A DNA stretch of 63,162 nucleotides, filler included, from Octopus bimaculoides (GCF_001194135.2; 6 parts of 5 records of this genome joined end to end with filler, not necessarily neighbours in it), one strand, 5' to 3'. Counted from the first letter of the whole stretch, positions 51,113-62,965 are shown. Notes: generated from the sequence alone by a model not told the origin. A program made the numbers and translations.

Positions 51113-51509
51113 ATGATTAGTGGTAGCAGTCGTAGTAGTGGTAGAGAAAAGTTGAGCATGGCACAGTTGGTAGGAATATGTAAACAGTGGAGCATCGTAG
51201 TCTGGAAGTTGGTGTCGATGGAAACTGACGGCAGCAAATGCTAAAAGAGTGTAATGCCTTTAAACAATAAATTAGTTTCTTTGCTTGTAATTCTTTCTTC
51301 TCTGTGAAATCTAATTTCCTTTGTTGTCCAAACAGGTTCATTACACAAGGAAATCTCAGCAGAAACACAAACGACAGCCAATCACATGTCTCACAGTCGC
51401 GAAACTTCAAAGTCATTTCTTCTTTTTTTCTTTATAATCTTTGCTTTTTTTTTCTTTCTTTTTACGGACAAATTACGATAAAGTACATCAGATGGACTTT
51501 TGAAATCAA

Positions 51510-51800
51510 ATTTCTTTGTACTTCAAAAGCTTTTGACATTGGTGATTGTGTTGGTGGTGGTGGTGGTGGTAGTGGTTGTGGTGGTGGTGCTGTCACTGCT
51601 ATAATGGTGATGGTGGTGGTGATGTGACAGCAAGATGGTGATGCTGTTGATTGAGGTGGCTGGATGGTGGGAGACAGCGATGGTATTGATGATTGTGGCA
51701 ATCAGATGATAATGGTGCTGGTGATGATGCTGACCATAAGGATAGTATGAGTGGTTTCCATGACAGAAGTGTTTGTCTTGTTTTTAGGGGTGGTGGTCAT
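51510..51800. repeat. Degenerate (TGG)n/(TGA)n low-complexity block
   Basis: Direct reading. Confidence 0.85.
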
Positions 51801-52132
51801 ATAAATGGTGATAAAAGTGGAAGAATTACTGTCGTTGTGGCCCAAAAGTCACAAAGTGTTAATAATTCATTTCTCTTTTAAATTTATGATTCCTTAGCAC
51901 CATATATACTGTTGTTTTATTCTTTTACTTGTTTCAGTCATTTGACTGCAGCCATGCTGGAGCACTGCCTTTAGTCGAACAAATTGACCCCAGGACTTAT
52001 TCTTTGTAAGCCTAGTTCTTATTCTATCGATCTCTTTAGCTGAACCACTAAATGACAGGGACGTAAACACACCAGCATTGGTTGTCAAGCAATGGTGAGG
52101 GGACAAACATAGACACAAACAAACACATACAC

Positions 52133-52172
<40 letters not shown>

Positions 52173-52259
52173 TAGAGTCGTGCAGGCCTGGTGAGTCATC
52201 AAAATTCTCATAGAAATCGACCCATGATGAACAAGTTAGCAGTGGGGGAGTGAGTTCAG

Positions 52260-52889
52260 AGAGTCTCTACCTTTGTTGGTAACTAAGGGCCTCTACTTCA
52301 AAGTGAAAGGCAGATTGTATGATGACTGTGTATGTACAACTATGTTACATGGCAGGGAAATATGGGCTTTGACTAGAGAGGATCTGTGAAGGCTTGAAAG
52401 AAATGAAGCTAGCCTGCTCTGCTGGATGGGTAATGTCAGTGAATTGGACAGAGTGTAAATGATTTAAGAGGGAAACTGGGTCTAAGAGGCATCAGATATG
52501 GTGTGCAAAAGAGAAGACTACGTTGGTTTCGTCATGTGATGCATATGAATGAGTACAACTGTGTTAAGAAGTACCGTGCTCTAATTGTTGATGGTCCTTG
52601 TGGGAGGGATAAACCCAGAAATACATGGGAAAAAGTGGTGAGAAAGGATCTTTGGATGTTGGGCCTCACTGAGGAAATGACAAGGGAGCAGGAGTTGGGG
52701 CAATTTGTTGTACTTGTAAGATTTTCCTCTTAAAACATCTGGCACACTCTGTAAAGTGGTTAATGTTAGGAAGGGCATCCAGCCATAGAAGCCATGTCAA
52801 AATGGATAATTGGAGTCTGGCCAGCTCCTGTCAAACCATCCAACTCATGCCAGCATGGAAAATGGACATTAAACAATGATGCTGCTGAT
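52260..52889 (+). mobile_element. RTE-clade LINE 3' end (ORF C-terminus, 3' UTR, (GAT)n-like tail)
   Basis: KGRLYDDCVCTTMLHGREIWALTREDL*RLERNE...LRGKLGLRGIRYGVQKRRLRWFRHVMHM...GRDKPRNTWEKVVRKDL; UTR GGAAGGGCATCCAGC...CATGCCAGCATGGAAAATGGACATTAAAC. Confidence 0.85.
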
Positions 52890-53110
52890 ATATATATATA
52901 GCAAATATATGTATATTAGGTGTGAAAAATCACATCTTGTAAATTATAAATAAAAAAGAAATAATAAGAACAAATTTATTAAAATTTCAGACCCATTTGT
53001 GACTTTTGGCCATCCTTTATCTTTCTCACTCAATTCTAGGTTCAAACCAAGAACACTTGGATTTATCCTGGATGATGCTATCGGTTCCTTGTAGATAGTA
53101 TTGGTATTCT

Positions 53111-53250
53111 TCATGAGATGTTCTTCACATTCTTGCTGGATAAACTCAGGTGTTCTGATGAGTTCAGAGCGTTTAGAATGCTTTTTATGCTTTCATACTG
53201 GTGATATGTTTCCATCATCAGTCTCCTTACAAACTTTTTAGATGAAAGAT
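53111..53250 (-). CDS. Probable terminal coding exon of an unidentified host gene ((D)LSSKKFVRRLMMETYHQYESIKSILNALNSSEHLSLSSKNVKNIS*)
   Basis: TTGCCAG| acceptor; only the phase-1 frame is open, matching the phase-1 end of 54870-54964; AATAAA on the minus strand at 52975-52980. Confidence 0.5.
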
Positions 53251-53494
53251 CTGGCAACTTTTAAAAATCAAGATATTTCTAAATCACTATGCTTAGCCTT
53301 TATAACCACAAAAAGAGCATGCCTTTACATTTCTTGAGTAAGCTGAAGGTCTGCCATTATTATTTTCTGAAACAAGGATTATACAGAGTTAGCAAAAAAT
53401 GCAGCATTGACCCCAAAAAGGTAGGTCCTCAAATATCTTATGCACCCTGTACATATGGGTGTGTGTGTGTGTGTGTGTGTGTGTGTTCTATGTT

Positions 53495-53696
53495 TTGTCT
53501 TTTACTTGTTTCAATCTTGAGACTAGAGCCTTGATGAATTTTAATCAAACAAAATGACCCTAGCCCTCATTTATTTAAGCCTGGTACTTATTCTATTGAT
53601 CCCTTTTGCTGAACTGCTGCTTAAATACACTGACACCAGTTGTCAGGCAGTGGTGGGGGACAAATGCTGACAAAAAGACGCACACACAAACATCTA

Positions 53697-53737
<41 letters not shown>

Positions 53738-53978
53738 TTGCCTGTCTTTCTCTCTGTCTGTCTATTTATGTATCTATCTATCCATCTGTCTACATACACA
53801 CACACACACACACACAATGGGCTTCCTTCAGTTTCCATCTACCAAACTCACTCTCAAGGCTTTGATTGCTCCTAGGCTCTAGTAGAAGACACTTGCCCAA
53901 AGTGTCTCACAGTGGGACTGAACTCAGAACCGCACGGTTGGGAAGCAAGCTTCTTACCATTACGGCCATGCCAGTGCC
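53495..53978 (-). mobile_element. tRNA-headed SINE, family A, CpG-decayed, intronic
   Basis: Full-length diverged match to family A. Confidence 0.8.
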
Positions 53979-54869
53979 TATATAACAACATTGCCAAAAC
54001 AACATTGCAAAAGATTTGGCAAAAGATTAGGCAAGCTTTTGTTGATAATTAAGAAAATAGAAAATTCTTGTGTGTTTGTTTTTCTTTTGTTTTCAGTTGC
54101 TGATCTTTGGTAATTCTCAAATGAAACTCCCACCAGAATACTGTTGACTTATCAGTAACAGTCATGTGTCTAAACACACACACACACGCACGCACACACA
54201 CACGCACACACGCACACGCACACACACACACACACACACACACGCACCCCCCCACACACAGAGTCTGGTCTGCTTCTAAATGAAATACATTGAGCCGATT
54301 GATAAAAAATAAGTTACTCCCCAACACACTGCAACCACTGAACCTACACAAAATGCCCCCAACACGAAGGGTAATGAGAAACATGTGGTTGGGAAGTAAG
54401 CTTCTTACCACACAGCTACTTCTGCACGGGCTTCCACAAAGTTTCCATTTACCAAATTCACTCACAAGGCATTGGTCAGCCTGGGGCTATGACAGAAGGA
54501 AGGCACTTTCTGAAGTTACTGCACTGTGGGACTGAACCTGAAACGACGTGGTTGCAAAATGAGATTCTTAACTTTGCAGCCATGCCTTTGCCTATAGGGA
54601 TTGTCCTCATCATTGTTGCTGCCACCATCTTTGTTCTTGTCCTCCTCTTGATTACCACCATACCATCATACCACATTACCACCAATGCCAGCCACATCGT
54701 TGTTTTCCCTATCTTTGATCTGTTGTCATCATGGTTTTCTCAGAATAATTCAGGTCTTTCCATTCCTCTTGAATGTTGTCAAGAACTTAATCAATCCGAC
54801 ACAGGATCCAAAAGTGACCATCCTGTCTTTCAACTGAAATGCACGACTACATCCTTTAAAGTGTCTTAC

Positions 54870-54964
54870 CCTTTGTTAAGCATTGTAGACCACGAACATC
54901 AAACTCATTTGGCTTTTGTGTATCAAAGAGGGACAAATATTCCTTAAATATTCCATTCTTAATT
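54870..54964 (-). CDS. Probable internal coding exon of an unidentified host gene (IKNGIFKEYLSLFDTQKPNEFDVRGLQCLTK)
   Basis: Strong acceptor TTTCTTTGGTCATTTCCTTTGTCCAG| and donor AAGG|GTAAGA; 95 nt, phase 2 to phase 1, open frame; unique non-repeat sequence. Confidence 0.65.
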
Positions 54965-55009
54965 CTGGACAAAGGAAATGACCAAAGAAATCAAAATGCA
55001 TCGTTGCAA

Positions 55010-55552
55010 TGAAAGCAGCAAGCTGGCAGAATTGTTAGCATGCTGGCTAAAGTGCTTAATTGTGTTTCGTCTGTCTTTGTGCTCTGAGTTCAATTTCTGC
55101 TAATGTTGACTCTGCCTTTTATCCCTTTGAGGTCAGTAAAATAAGCAACTCAGCTTGCGAAGACTTATTGGGGCAAGCAAAAGCGAAATTGTGATGGCAC
55201 CTGTGCCCAGCGACGCCTTTCTCGCACTTGTGCCCACGACATGTGTAAGGACTTTCGAGCGAGATCATTGCTAGTGCCCCTGGACTGGCTCTTGTGCAGG
55301 TGGCACATAAAATACACGATTTTGAGCGTGGCTGTTGCCAGTACCGCCTGACTGGCCTTCGTGCCGGTGGCACGTAAAAGCACCCACTACACTCTCTGAG
55401 TGGTTGGCGTTAGGAAGGGCATCCAGCTGTAGAAACTCTGCCAAATCAGATTGGAGCTTGGTGTAGCCATCTGGTTTCACCAGTCCTCAGTCAAGTCGTC
55501 CAACCCATGCTAGCATGGAAAGCGGACGTTAAACGACGACGATGATGATGAT
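55010..55552 (+). mobile_element. SINE-C head followed by ~65-bp units and RTE-type tail
   Basis: CpG-decayed family C head 55010-55150; units 55180-55385; tail to (GAC/GAT)n. Confidence 0.75.
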
Positions 55553-55735
55553 GGTGAACCCTGGGGTTGATAGAATCGACTTAGCCCCTCCCACGAAATT
55601 GCTGGCCTTGTACCAAAATTTGAAACCAATATCTGAGGTAGACCTGAAGAGTTCCTGGCTTTGGGTAAAAGAAAATACAGGAGGATCAGTTAATTATGAT
55701 TTTATAGAACGTATTCCCTTCTCAGATTCACACAC

Positions 55736-55767
55736 TTATTGCAAGGGTCCTTCAGTTTTTCTAAGCC
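55736..55767 (-). CDS. Candidate 32-nt exon (GLEKLKDPCN-K)
   Basis: TTCTTTTACAG| acceptor, weak AA|GTGTGT donor; phase 0 to 2, fits the next exon. Confidence 0.3.
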
Positions 55768-56311
55768 CTGTAAAAGAACTTTTCAGCACCTCCTCGTACA
55801 TTATAACAAATTTATTAGCAGTAAAGGGAAGGATGTGAGGTGTTAAGAATGTTTGTATGCAGAGACATGTATGAGAAACACATTCATATGATGTATGGTA
55901 CATACGTACATACATGCATATTATATATATATATGAAATAATTCTTTTTTCAGAATTAGGTCTCAAAGCACACACATGCTATAAATAATACCATGTAAAT
56001 ATTGGGTTGCAAAAACCCTTTGCAAAACCCTTGGGTTGAATACCCTAATATTTACATACTATTATTTATAGCATTTCTGTGGAGTTAAATATCAACACCA
56101 TGTGATAAGTGAGAGGACACAGGTTTATGTTGAACCAGTGGTTAAACAGATGCACACTAACATTCTAAAGTGTGTTAACTCACTTGAAAACACAGACAGA
56201 CAAGTTCACATAATTACAGTCTTAATATTTAGTATTCAGCGTATTTCTTATTGAAATCTTGGAGAAGTGGACTCAATGTCTTGACCCAATCAGTTTTGTT
56301 TTAATCTTTAC

Positions 56312-56400
56312 TTTGATCTGAGGTTCAAACTTAACAGGTTTTGAATTTGGCTTCCGTCATCACTGAATTCACAACCTCTTTTGACCCAGTAAGAAAGAAA
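56312..56400 (-). CDS. Candidate 89-nt exon (FLSYWVKRGCEFSDDGSQIQNLLSLNLRS-K)
   Basis: AAGATTTACTTTCAG| acceptor, AA|GTAAAG donor; phase 0 to 2, fits 54870-54964. Confidence 0.4.
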
Positions 56401-56574
56401 CTGAAAGTAAATCTTAACAAAATAATTTACATTGAATTGTCCAATAAAGAGCTGTCGATGTCGAAATATTTCTTTCTTCCTTATTTTGTCTGAGTTTCAT
56501 ATTTGAAAACAGTTGATTTTAAAATGGTGAAAAACTTGCAAAAGATTTCTTATGAAATTTTTTGAAAGAAATAT

Positions 56575-56985
56575 TTACATGTGTATGTGTTGGTCTGTAT
56601 GTGTATGTGTTCGTCTGTGTGTGTATGTGTGCATGCACGTGTGTGTGTGTATGAGTGTGTGTTTGTGTGTGTGTGTTTTTGTGTGTGTTTGTATGTGTTT
56701 GTGTGTATTTGTAAGTGATTGTGTGTGTGTATGTGTGTGCATGTGTGCATTTGTGTGTGTGTGTGTTTGAGTGTGAGTTTGTGTGTGTGTTTGTGTGTGC
56801 GTGTGTGTTTGTGTGTGAGTTTGTGTGTGTGTTTGTGTATGCTTGCGTGTGTGTGTGTTTGTGTGTATGTTTACATGTGTGTATGTGTGTGGTTGTATGT
56901 GTATGTTTGTGTGTGTGTGTGTATGTTTGTGTGAGTATGTGCGTGCACATGTGTATGCATGTGTGTGTGTGTACGTACTCATAGG
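56575..56985. repeat. Degenerate (TG)n block
   Basis: Direct reading. Confidence 0.95.
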
Positions 56986-57036
56986 CAAATAAGTCTCTTA
57001 TTGTGAAATGGAAATAATAATAGCAAGATTACTGAA

Positions 57037-57064
<28 letters not shown>

Positions 57065-57067
<3 letters not shown>

Positions 57068-57312
57068 GATATCAAATTTTTGCCACAAGGGCAGCTTGGG
57101 GGCAGGGGATTATGTCGATTATGTCGACTCCAGTGTGTGACTGGTATTTATTTAATCAACCCTGAAAGGATGGAAGGCAATTTGAACTCAGAATGTAGCG
57201 GCAGACGAAATATCGCTAAGCATTTCACCTGGATTGCTAATGATTCTGACAGCTTGCCACCTTATAAATTAAGATGACAATGACGATGATGATGATGACG
57301 ATGATGACGATG

Positions 57313-57344
<32 letters not shown>

Positions 57345-57565
57345 GATTTCAAATTTTTGGCAATTCTGAGGGAGGGGATAAGATGATTTCATCAACCCCC
57401 ATAATTCAACCTGTACTTATTTCATTGACCCTGCAAGGATGAAAGGTAATGTCACCCCACCCCCATCACCCACCCAGTGGAATTTTGAACTTCAGAAGAT
57501 GAAGACGGACAAAATGCTGCTAAACATTTTGCCTGGCATGCTAATGAGTCTGCCAGTTCACTGCC
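57065..57565 (-). mobile_element. Two CpG-decayed family C SINEs separated by (GAT)n
   Basis: GCATTTCACCTGGATTGCTAATGATTCTGACAGCTTGCCACC versus CpG-rich consensus. Confidence 0.75.
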
Positions 57566-57749
57566 CTACTACTAATAATGATAATAATGATAATAATAAT
57601 GATAATAATAATAATACTAGACATAGTCTTAATTGAGAAAGAAAGCAANNNNNNNNNNNNNNNNNNNNNNNNNNNNNNNNNNNNNNNNNNNNTTAATTAA
57701 TTAANNNNNNNNNNNNNNNNNNNNNNNNNNNNNNNNNNNNNNNNNNNNA

Positions 57750-57960
57750 TTGTTTCACTTTTGACACGTAATACTGAAATAGTGGAGGAGATATGATATT
57801 GCTGTGGGCTCGAACTATGCGAGAAGTTAAAAATTGTTTTGGCCTAAGACACTACATGGACCCTAAGTAAGGCATGTGTTAATTTCAAATGAAATTGGTT
57901 GTGTAGTTCTCGAGTTTTATGGATTCACACAGACACATATTCTCATCTTTATATATCTGA
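57750..57960 (-). mobile_element. Helitron 5' portion (same family as 3867-5352)
   Basis: Minus strand A|TCAGATATATAAAGATGAGAATATGTGTCTG...CTCGAGAACTAC...TCTCCTCCACTATTT.AGTATTACGTGTCAAAAGTGAAACA. Confidence 0.8.
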
Positions 57961-60900
57961 TATTTATGTCATATTCGAAAATTCTAGTGTTATGGACCCT
58001 GTAAAAAGGATTTTGCTCATGAAGAATGGAGCTCTTGGAACTGAAAAATGTAGGAGTTAAGGCCCCTATTGGGGCTGAGTGTGTTAATGTCAACCAGAGA
58101 AGTTGAATTGTTGGGAATGTTTTTAACTTGGGTGTAATATGTATTGTTTGAATTTCTTTGAAATAGGAAATATATGTATGTTCACTGGCTTTGTAAAAGA
58201 GAGTAAAGCTACAGGAAACCGAAAGACGAATGATCACGATAGTCAGTCGGCTACCCGAGCATAGTCGTTATTACTCCCCAATGTAGGATTCCTCACCATA
58301 CAGGTGACAGGCACAGCTGTAAGATGCATTACGGATCTATAGCAACTGGAAGGGCATGACCCAATTGAAATAAGAATGTGTGACGTTTGGAGTAAAGGGA
58401 AATGAAAGTGTCGCCTCTGGAGTTTGCAAATGACCACTATACCGATAGGTAACTGCAGAAAAAATTTACAATCAATAAATATCTTAGAACAACCAGTCTG
58501 GGAAGGCCTTGAAATCAATGTTACCAACTGGGGACTATGTTTGACTCAGTGATAATAAAAAGACTGAAAGGAGGTCTGCAACGAAATAATTTTACTCAAC
58601 ACTTTGCAAGTGAATCAGTGGAGGCAAAGATGCGTCTCATTTACTTGACAATTTATGCACCACATTAGTCTTACACTGTTGTACCGTTGAATTACAAATA
58701 ATGCTCATCTGTAATGTTCGGGTGACCGTATAGGTTCCAATAGTACAACTGTATTCGTCTTTGCTTAGGAAAAATGACTAAATTGTGAGTGTGAAGTCCC
58801 CATGAAGGGGTCTTTGTAACTTCTAAGAAGAATATTAGAAATATTACTTTATTTGTGTGTAATATGTATGGTTAAAATTTCATCAACATCAAAAATATAT
58901 GAATTTTCATAGTGGTTATGGCCATTATGCATAGAATATAATTTCCAAATTTTATAAAGTTCTATTCAGTACTTTTTACGTAGTTTTGGATAAAAAAACA
59001 AATGACTAATGTGTGCGTTTGTGTGTATGTGTGTGTGTGTGAGTGTATATATGTATAGATATCTGTGTGCATGTATATATGTGTACATATTACATGTACA
59101 TCTATATATATATACATCTACACATATGTATACATATACATGTATGCATATAGATCTATAACTCTATATATATCTATACATATACGTGTATATATACATC
59201 TATATGTATACATGTATACATATACATCTCNNNNNNNNNNNNNNNNNNNNNNNNNNNNNNNNNNNNNNNNNNNNTTAATTAATTAANNNNNNNNNNNNNN
59301 NNNNNNNNNNNNNNNNNNNNNNNNNNNNNNTGTGTGTGTCTATGTATGTATGTATGTAGGTATGTATGTATGTATGTATGCAGCAACTCATACAAACACA
59401 TGTAATGATATACATATACGTTTGAGTGTGTGCCTGTGTGTCTTTGTGTGAGTGTGTAGTCTGTGTTGTATGTTGAAGTATGTCTGGATTTCTGTAAGTN
59501 NNNNNNNNNAGTGTGTAGTCTGTGTTGTATGTTGAAGTATGTCTGGATTTCTGTAAGTGTGTGTGAATGGATGGAGTTCTGTAAAGAATGGTAGTGCTTC
59601 TATTGACATAGATTTGTTATTGCTGTTTTTGCGTATGTGCGCCAGTGTTCTTGTTGATATCTGAATACATTTATGTATGTATATTTTTTGTGTGGGCGTA
59701 TGTTGGGCTTGTGTACGCTTTTGTGTGTATGCGTTTGTGTGTGTTTGTACGTGAGAATACGTGAATATTTCTTATATGCATGTGTATCTGCACATGCATG
59801 TCCGCGCATATACATCTGAGTATACATGAATCTATGTGCAAGAACGGGTGCAGCGGTTAGAGATACTTTTGTGCATAAGTATGCATGCATGCATGCATGC
59901 ATGCATGTATGTATGTATGGATGGATGGATGGATGGATNNNNNNNNNNNNNNNNNNNNNNNNNNNNNNNNNNNNNNNNNNNNNNNTATGTATGTCTGTTT
60001 CTGTGTCTCTATGTATGTATATATGTGCATGTATGTATGTATATACGGATGGGTGTGTGCATGTATGTGCGTATGTATGTATGCACGTATTCTGTAGCAT
60101 CGTTAGGTTTAAGAACGCATTTGCATATGGAGAAGATATGCATTGGAATGGAGAATGTATGTGAGTCTGAAGGCTCTATTGTATATAGTTTAACATATGC
60201 CTGAGTGTATATATGGGGAGTGAATAGTTATGCTTGCATATGAGTATACGCATGTATCTATATATGTGTTTGTTTGTGGTTGTGAATTTGTTTAATTTTC
60301 TATACATGTCTTCACGTAAATATGTATGTGCCTATATTTAAAAATGGATGCATGTTTGTACATGTATGCACATGTGCATGTACTGATATGTTTTTCTTTA
60401 CCATATATATATAAGTATCGAATATAAACATGTATGCGTATACACGCTTTTATTTATATATGCAGATGTACACGCACACGTAAAGATACATGCTTCTATA
60501 GATATATGTACGTATTTATGTTCATATACATGTATGAAAATATTTATGCATNNNNNNNNNNNNNNNNNNNNNNNNNNNNNNNNNNNNNNNNNNNNTTAAT
60601 TAATTAANNNNNNNNNNNNNNNNNNNNNNNNNNNNNNNNNNNNNNNNNNNNATATATATATATATATATATATATATATACTCACATACATATAAATATA
60701 TATGCATATACATACATAGAAGTGCCTATATCTAAATTTATCTCTATCGCACATACACATATACACACACATGTGCATACACCTACTCTTCCAGATTACA
60801 GAATCCTCCTTAACACACACTTCACACGTTTCTCCAATTTAAATCTTAGGGAGATATCTGTTGTGAGCGCGTGTACAATGGCACATATTACCCCCACCCC

Positions 60901-61384
60901 ACTCTAGTTTTTCTCTACACCTAATCTCTCCTATAGAAATATTCTCAGAAAAGTGCTTTCTTCTTTGTAGCTTGTGTCAAAACGTTTGTGTGTGCTGTTA
61001 TATACTTAATTATATATATGTTTACATATTACAGACATTCTTATTACAGAGACTCACTTCAACGTCCAATTCCGTCTACAATGGTCACCAGTCTGTTTAA
61101 TAGTGTTTTCCAATGCGAGGCATACATCTCACCGGCTTGACTTGACAGTGCTTTGCATAGACATAAGACGACTTCAGTTTAGGAGTAGTAAGTAAAGTGG
61201 ATAAAACCGGTCATAAAGTTGTAATTAAAATTTCTTGGTAAAAAAACAAAAACAGAACAAATGTATATAAAAATCAGAAAGAGTGTTTCTACGCACGAAA
61301 TAAAAAGAAATAATGGGAAATGACTTTTATGTTTCGTGTGTTACGTCTTTCTTCTACTATTTTGAAAGAATAGATGAGGCAAGT

Positions 61385-61510
61385 GAGAATATTATTTCGG
61401 TGAAATCTTATATGACGTCTCAGCCCGCATCCTGACGAACATTCCTTTGTACACTCCCGGCAAATAGATACGTCATATAATGCCGTATAATCTGTGCCTT
61501 CTCTGTGGCA
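61385..61510 (-). mobile_element. C2H2-type finger, probably an RTE-LINE C-terminal relic
   Basis: TDYTALYDVSICRECTKECSSGCGLRRHIRFH = C-x2-C-x12-H-x3-H; RTE ORFs end in a similar C..C...S..GL..H.R.H finger. Confidence 0.4.
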
Positions 61511-62619
61511 TCTCAAGTAAATATATATANNNNNNNNNNNNNNNNNNNNNNNNNNNNNNNNNNNNNNNNNNNNNNNNNNNNNNNNNNNNNNNNNNNNNNN
61601 NNNNNNNNNNNNNNNNNNNNNNNNNNNNNNNNNNNNNNNNNNNNNNNNNNNNNNNNNNNNNNNNNNNNNNNNNNNNNNNNNNNNNNNNNNNNNNNNNNNN
61701 NNNNNNNNNNNNNNNNNNNNNNNNNNNNNNNNNNNNNNNNNNNNNNNNNNNNNNNNNNNNNNNNNNNNNNNNNNNNNNNNNNNNNNNNNNNNNNNNNNNN
61801 NNNNNNNNNNNNNNNNNNNNNNNNNNNNNNNNNNNNNNNNNNNNNNNNNNNNNNNNNNNNNNNNNNNNNNNNNNNNNNNNNNNNNNNNNNNNNNNNNNNN
61901 NNNNNNNNNNNNNNNNNNNNNNNNNNNNNNNNNNNNNNNNNNNNNNNNNNNNNNNNNNNNNNNNNNNNNNNNNNNNNNNNNNNNNNNNNNNNNNNNNNNN
62001 NNNNNNNNNNNNNNNNNNNNNNNNNNNNNNNNNNNNNNNNNNNNNNNNNNNNNNNNNNNNNNNNNNNNNNNNNNNNNNNNNNNNNNNNNNNNNNNNNNNN
62101 NNNNNNNNNNNNNNNNNNNNNNNNNNNNNNNNNNNNNNNNNNNNNNNNNNNNNNNNNNNNNNNNNNNNNNNNNNNNNNNNNNNNNNNNNNNNNNNNNNNN
62201 NNNNNNNNNNNNNNNNNNNNNNNAGTAATTTCAAATATAAAGGAAAGTATTCCATCTCTACATAATCTACCTTCCTCTATATTTGAAATTTCTACTACCC
62301 CTCCAATTAGATTATATAGAATTTAAATTCTTGTTTGATTCACTAGACTGTTGAAAAGCAGCATAGTCGAGATGGTATGTTTTCTTCTCTTACTCTTATT
62401 TTTTGCACACATCTACAAAGTGACTTTCTAATATGAAATTCCATCATGCAGCTGAGGAGTACATTTTCATTCTACATTCTAAGTAGTGTTCTCACTACAT
62501 TAATAAATGGAGCTTGTATGAAACGTACGTACTGCTATAACCTATTGAATTTTTGTTGCTTATCTTCAAATATATATATATATATATATATATACAAACG
62601 CACAAAAAATAACAACGTG

Positions 62620-62945
62620 AAGACGTAGTACATGTAAAGTATTAGCAGCCGCTCAGGGAAGGAACAAAGATGGTTTAACGCTTCGAGCAAAGCTCTTCTT
62701 CAGAACAGACGAAAGTCCGATAGAAAAGGAAGACGGAGGAAAAAAAAATCGCCAACGATTTGCAGGACGAACTTTTGTTAGTGAACAGATCACGATTTTA
62801 AAGCGACGTAAATATTTTGACACAAATCAAACTAATGGTTTTTGTGTGTTCTTAAACGGCTTACAAATATCTTCCACGCTGCAATTGTTTTTGTTTCAGC
62901 ACACGATCTCAGATCAAGTCAGTTGTTAAGCAAGTACATCTCCAT
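62620..62945 (-). mobile_element. Penelope pLTR-like repeat carrying a hammerhead-like motif (62672-62707)
   Basis: Minus strand CTGAAGA-A-GAGC(TTT)GCTC-GAAG-C-GTT-AAAC; homologous to 47040-47530. Confidence 0.55.
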
Positions 62946-62965
62946 GATATATATATATATATATA

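Noticed and set aside
51117-51500. Exon candidates on both strands (99-aa minus ORF; plus-strand acceptor at about 51334)
   Set aside because: No convincing donor or phase-consistent chain; hydrophobic tail comes from a T-run
52991-53094. Plus-strand terminal exon DPFVTFGHPLSFSLNSRFKPRTLGFILDDAIGSL*, and a 77-codon open minus-strand frame in the same area
   Set aside because: No phase-matched partner exon found; the minus-strand phase-1 reading with poly(A) signal explains the region better, though these alternatives are not excluded
58676-58780. Minus-strand exon candidate ending CAGT|GTAAGA
   Set aside because: Ends in phase 1, incompatible with the downstream candidates, and abuts a decayed TE-like tract
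59452-59560. 48-bp direct repeat either side of a 10-N gap
   Set aside because: Same overlap artefact
18042-60607. TTAATTAATTAA islands inside N runs (about 18042, 40099, 57693, 59275, 60596)
   Set aside because: Identical 12-mer giving stops in all six frames, always flanked by Ns: an assembly linker, not biology
18-62628. Most ORFs in the supplied track (poly-V/L/H-T/C-V/Y-I, X-rich)
   Set aside because: They are translations of microsatellites or run through N gaps
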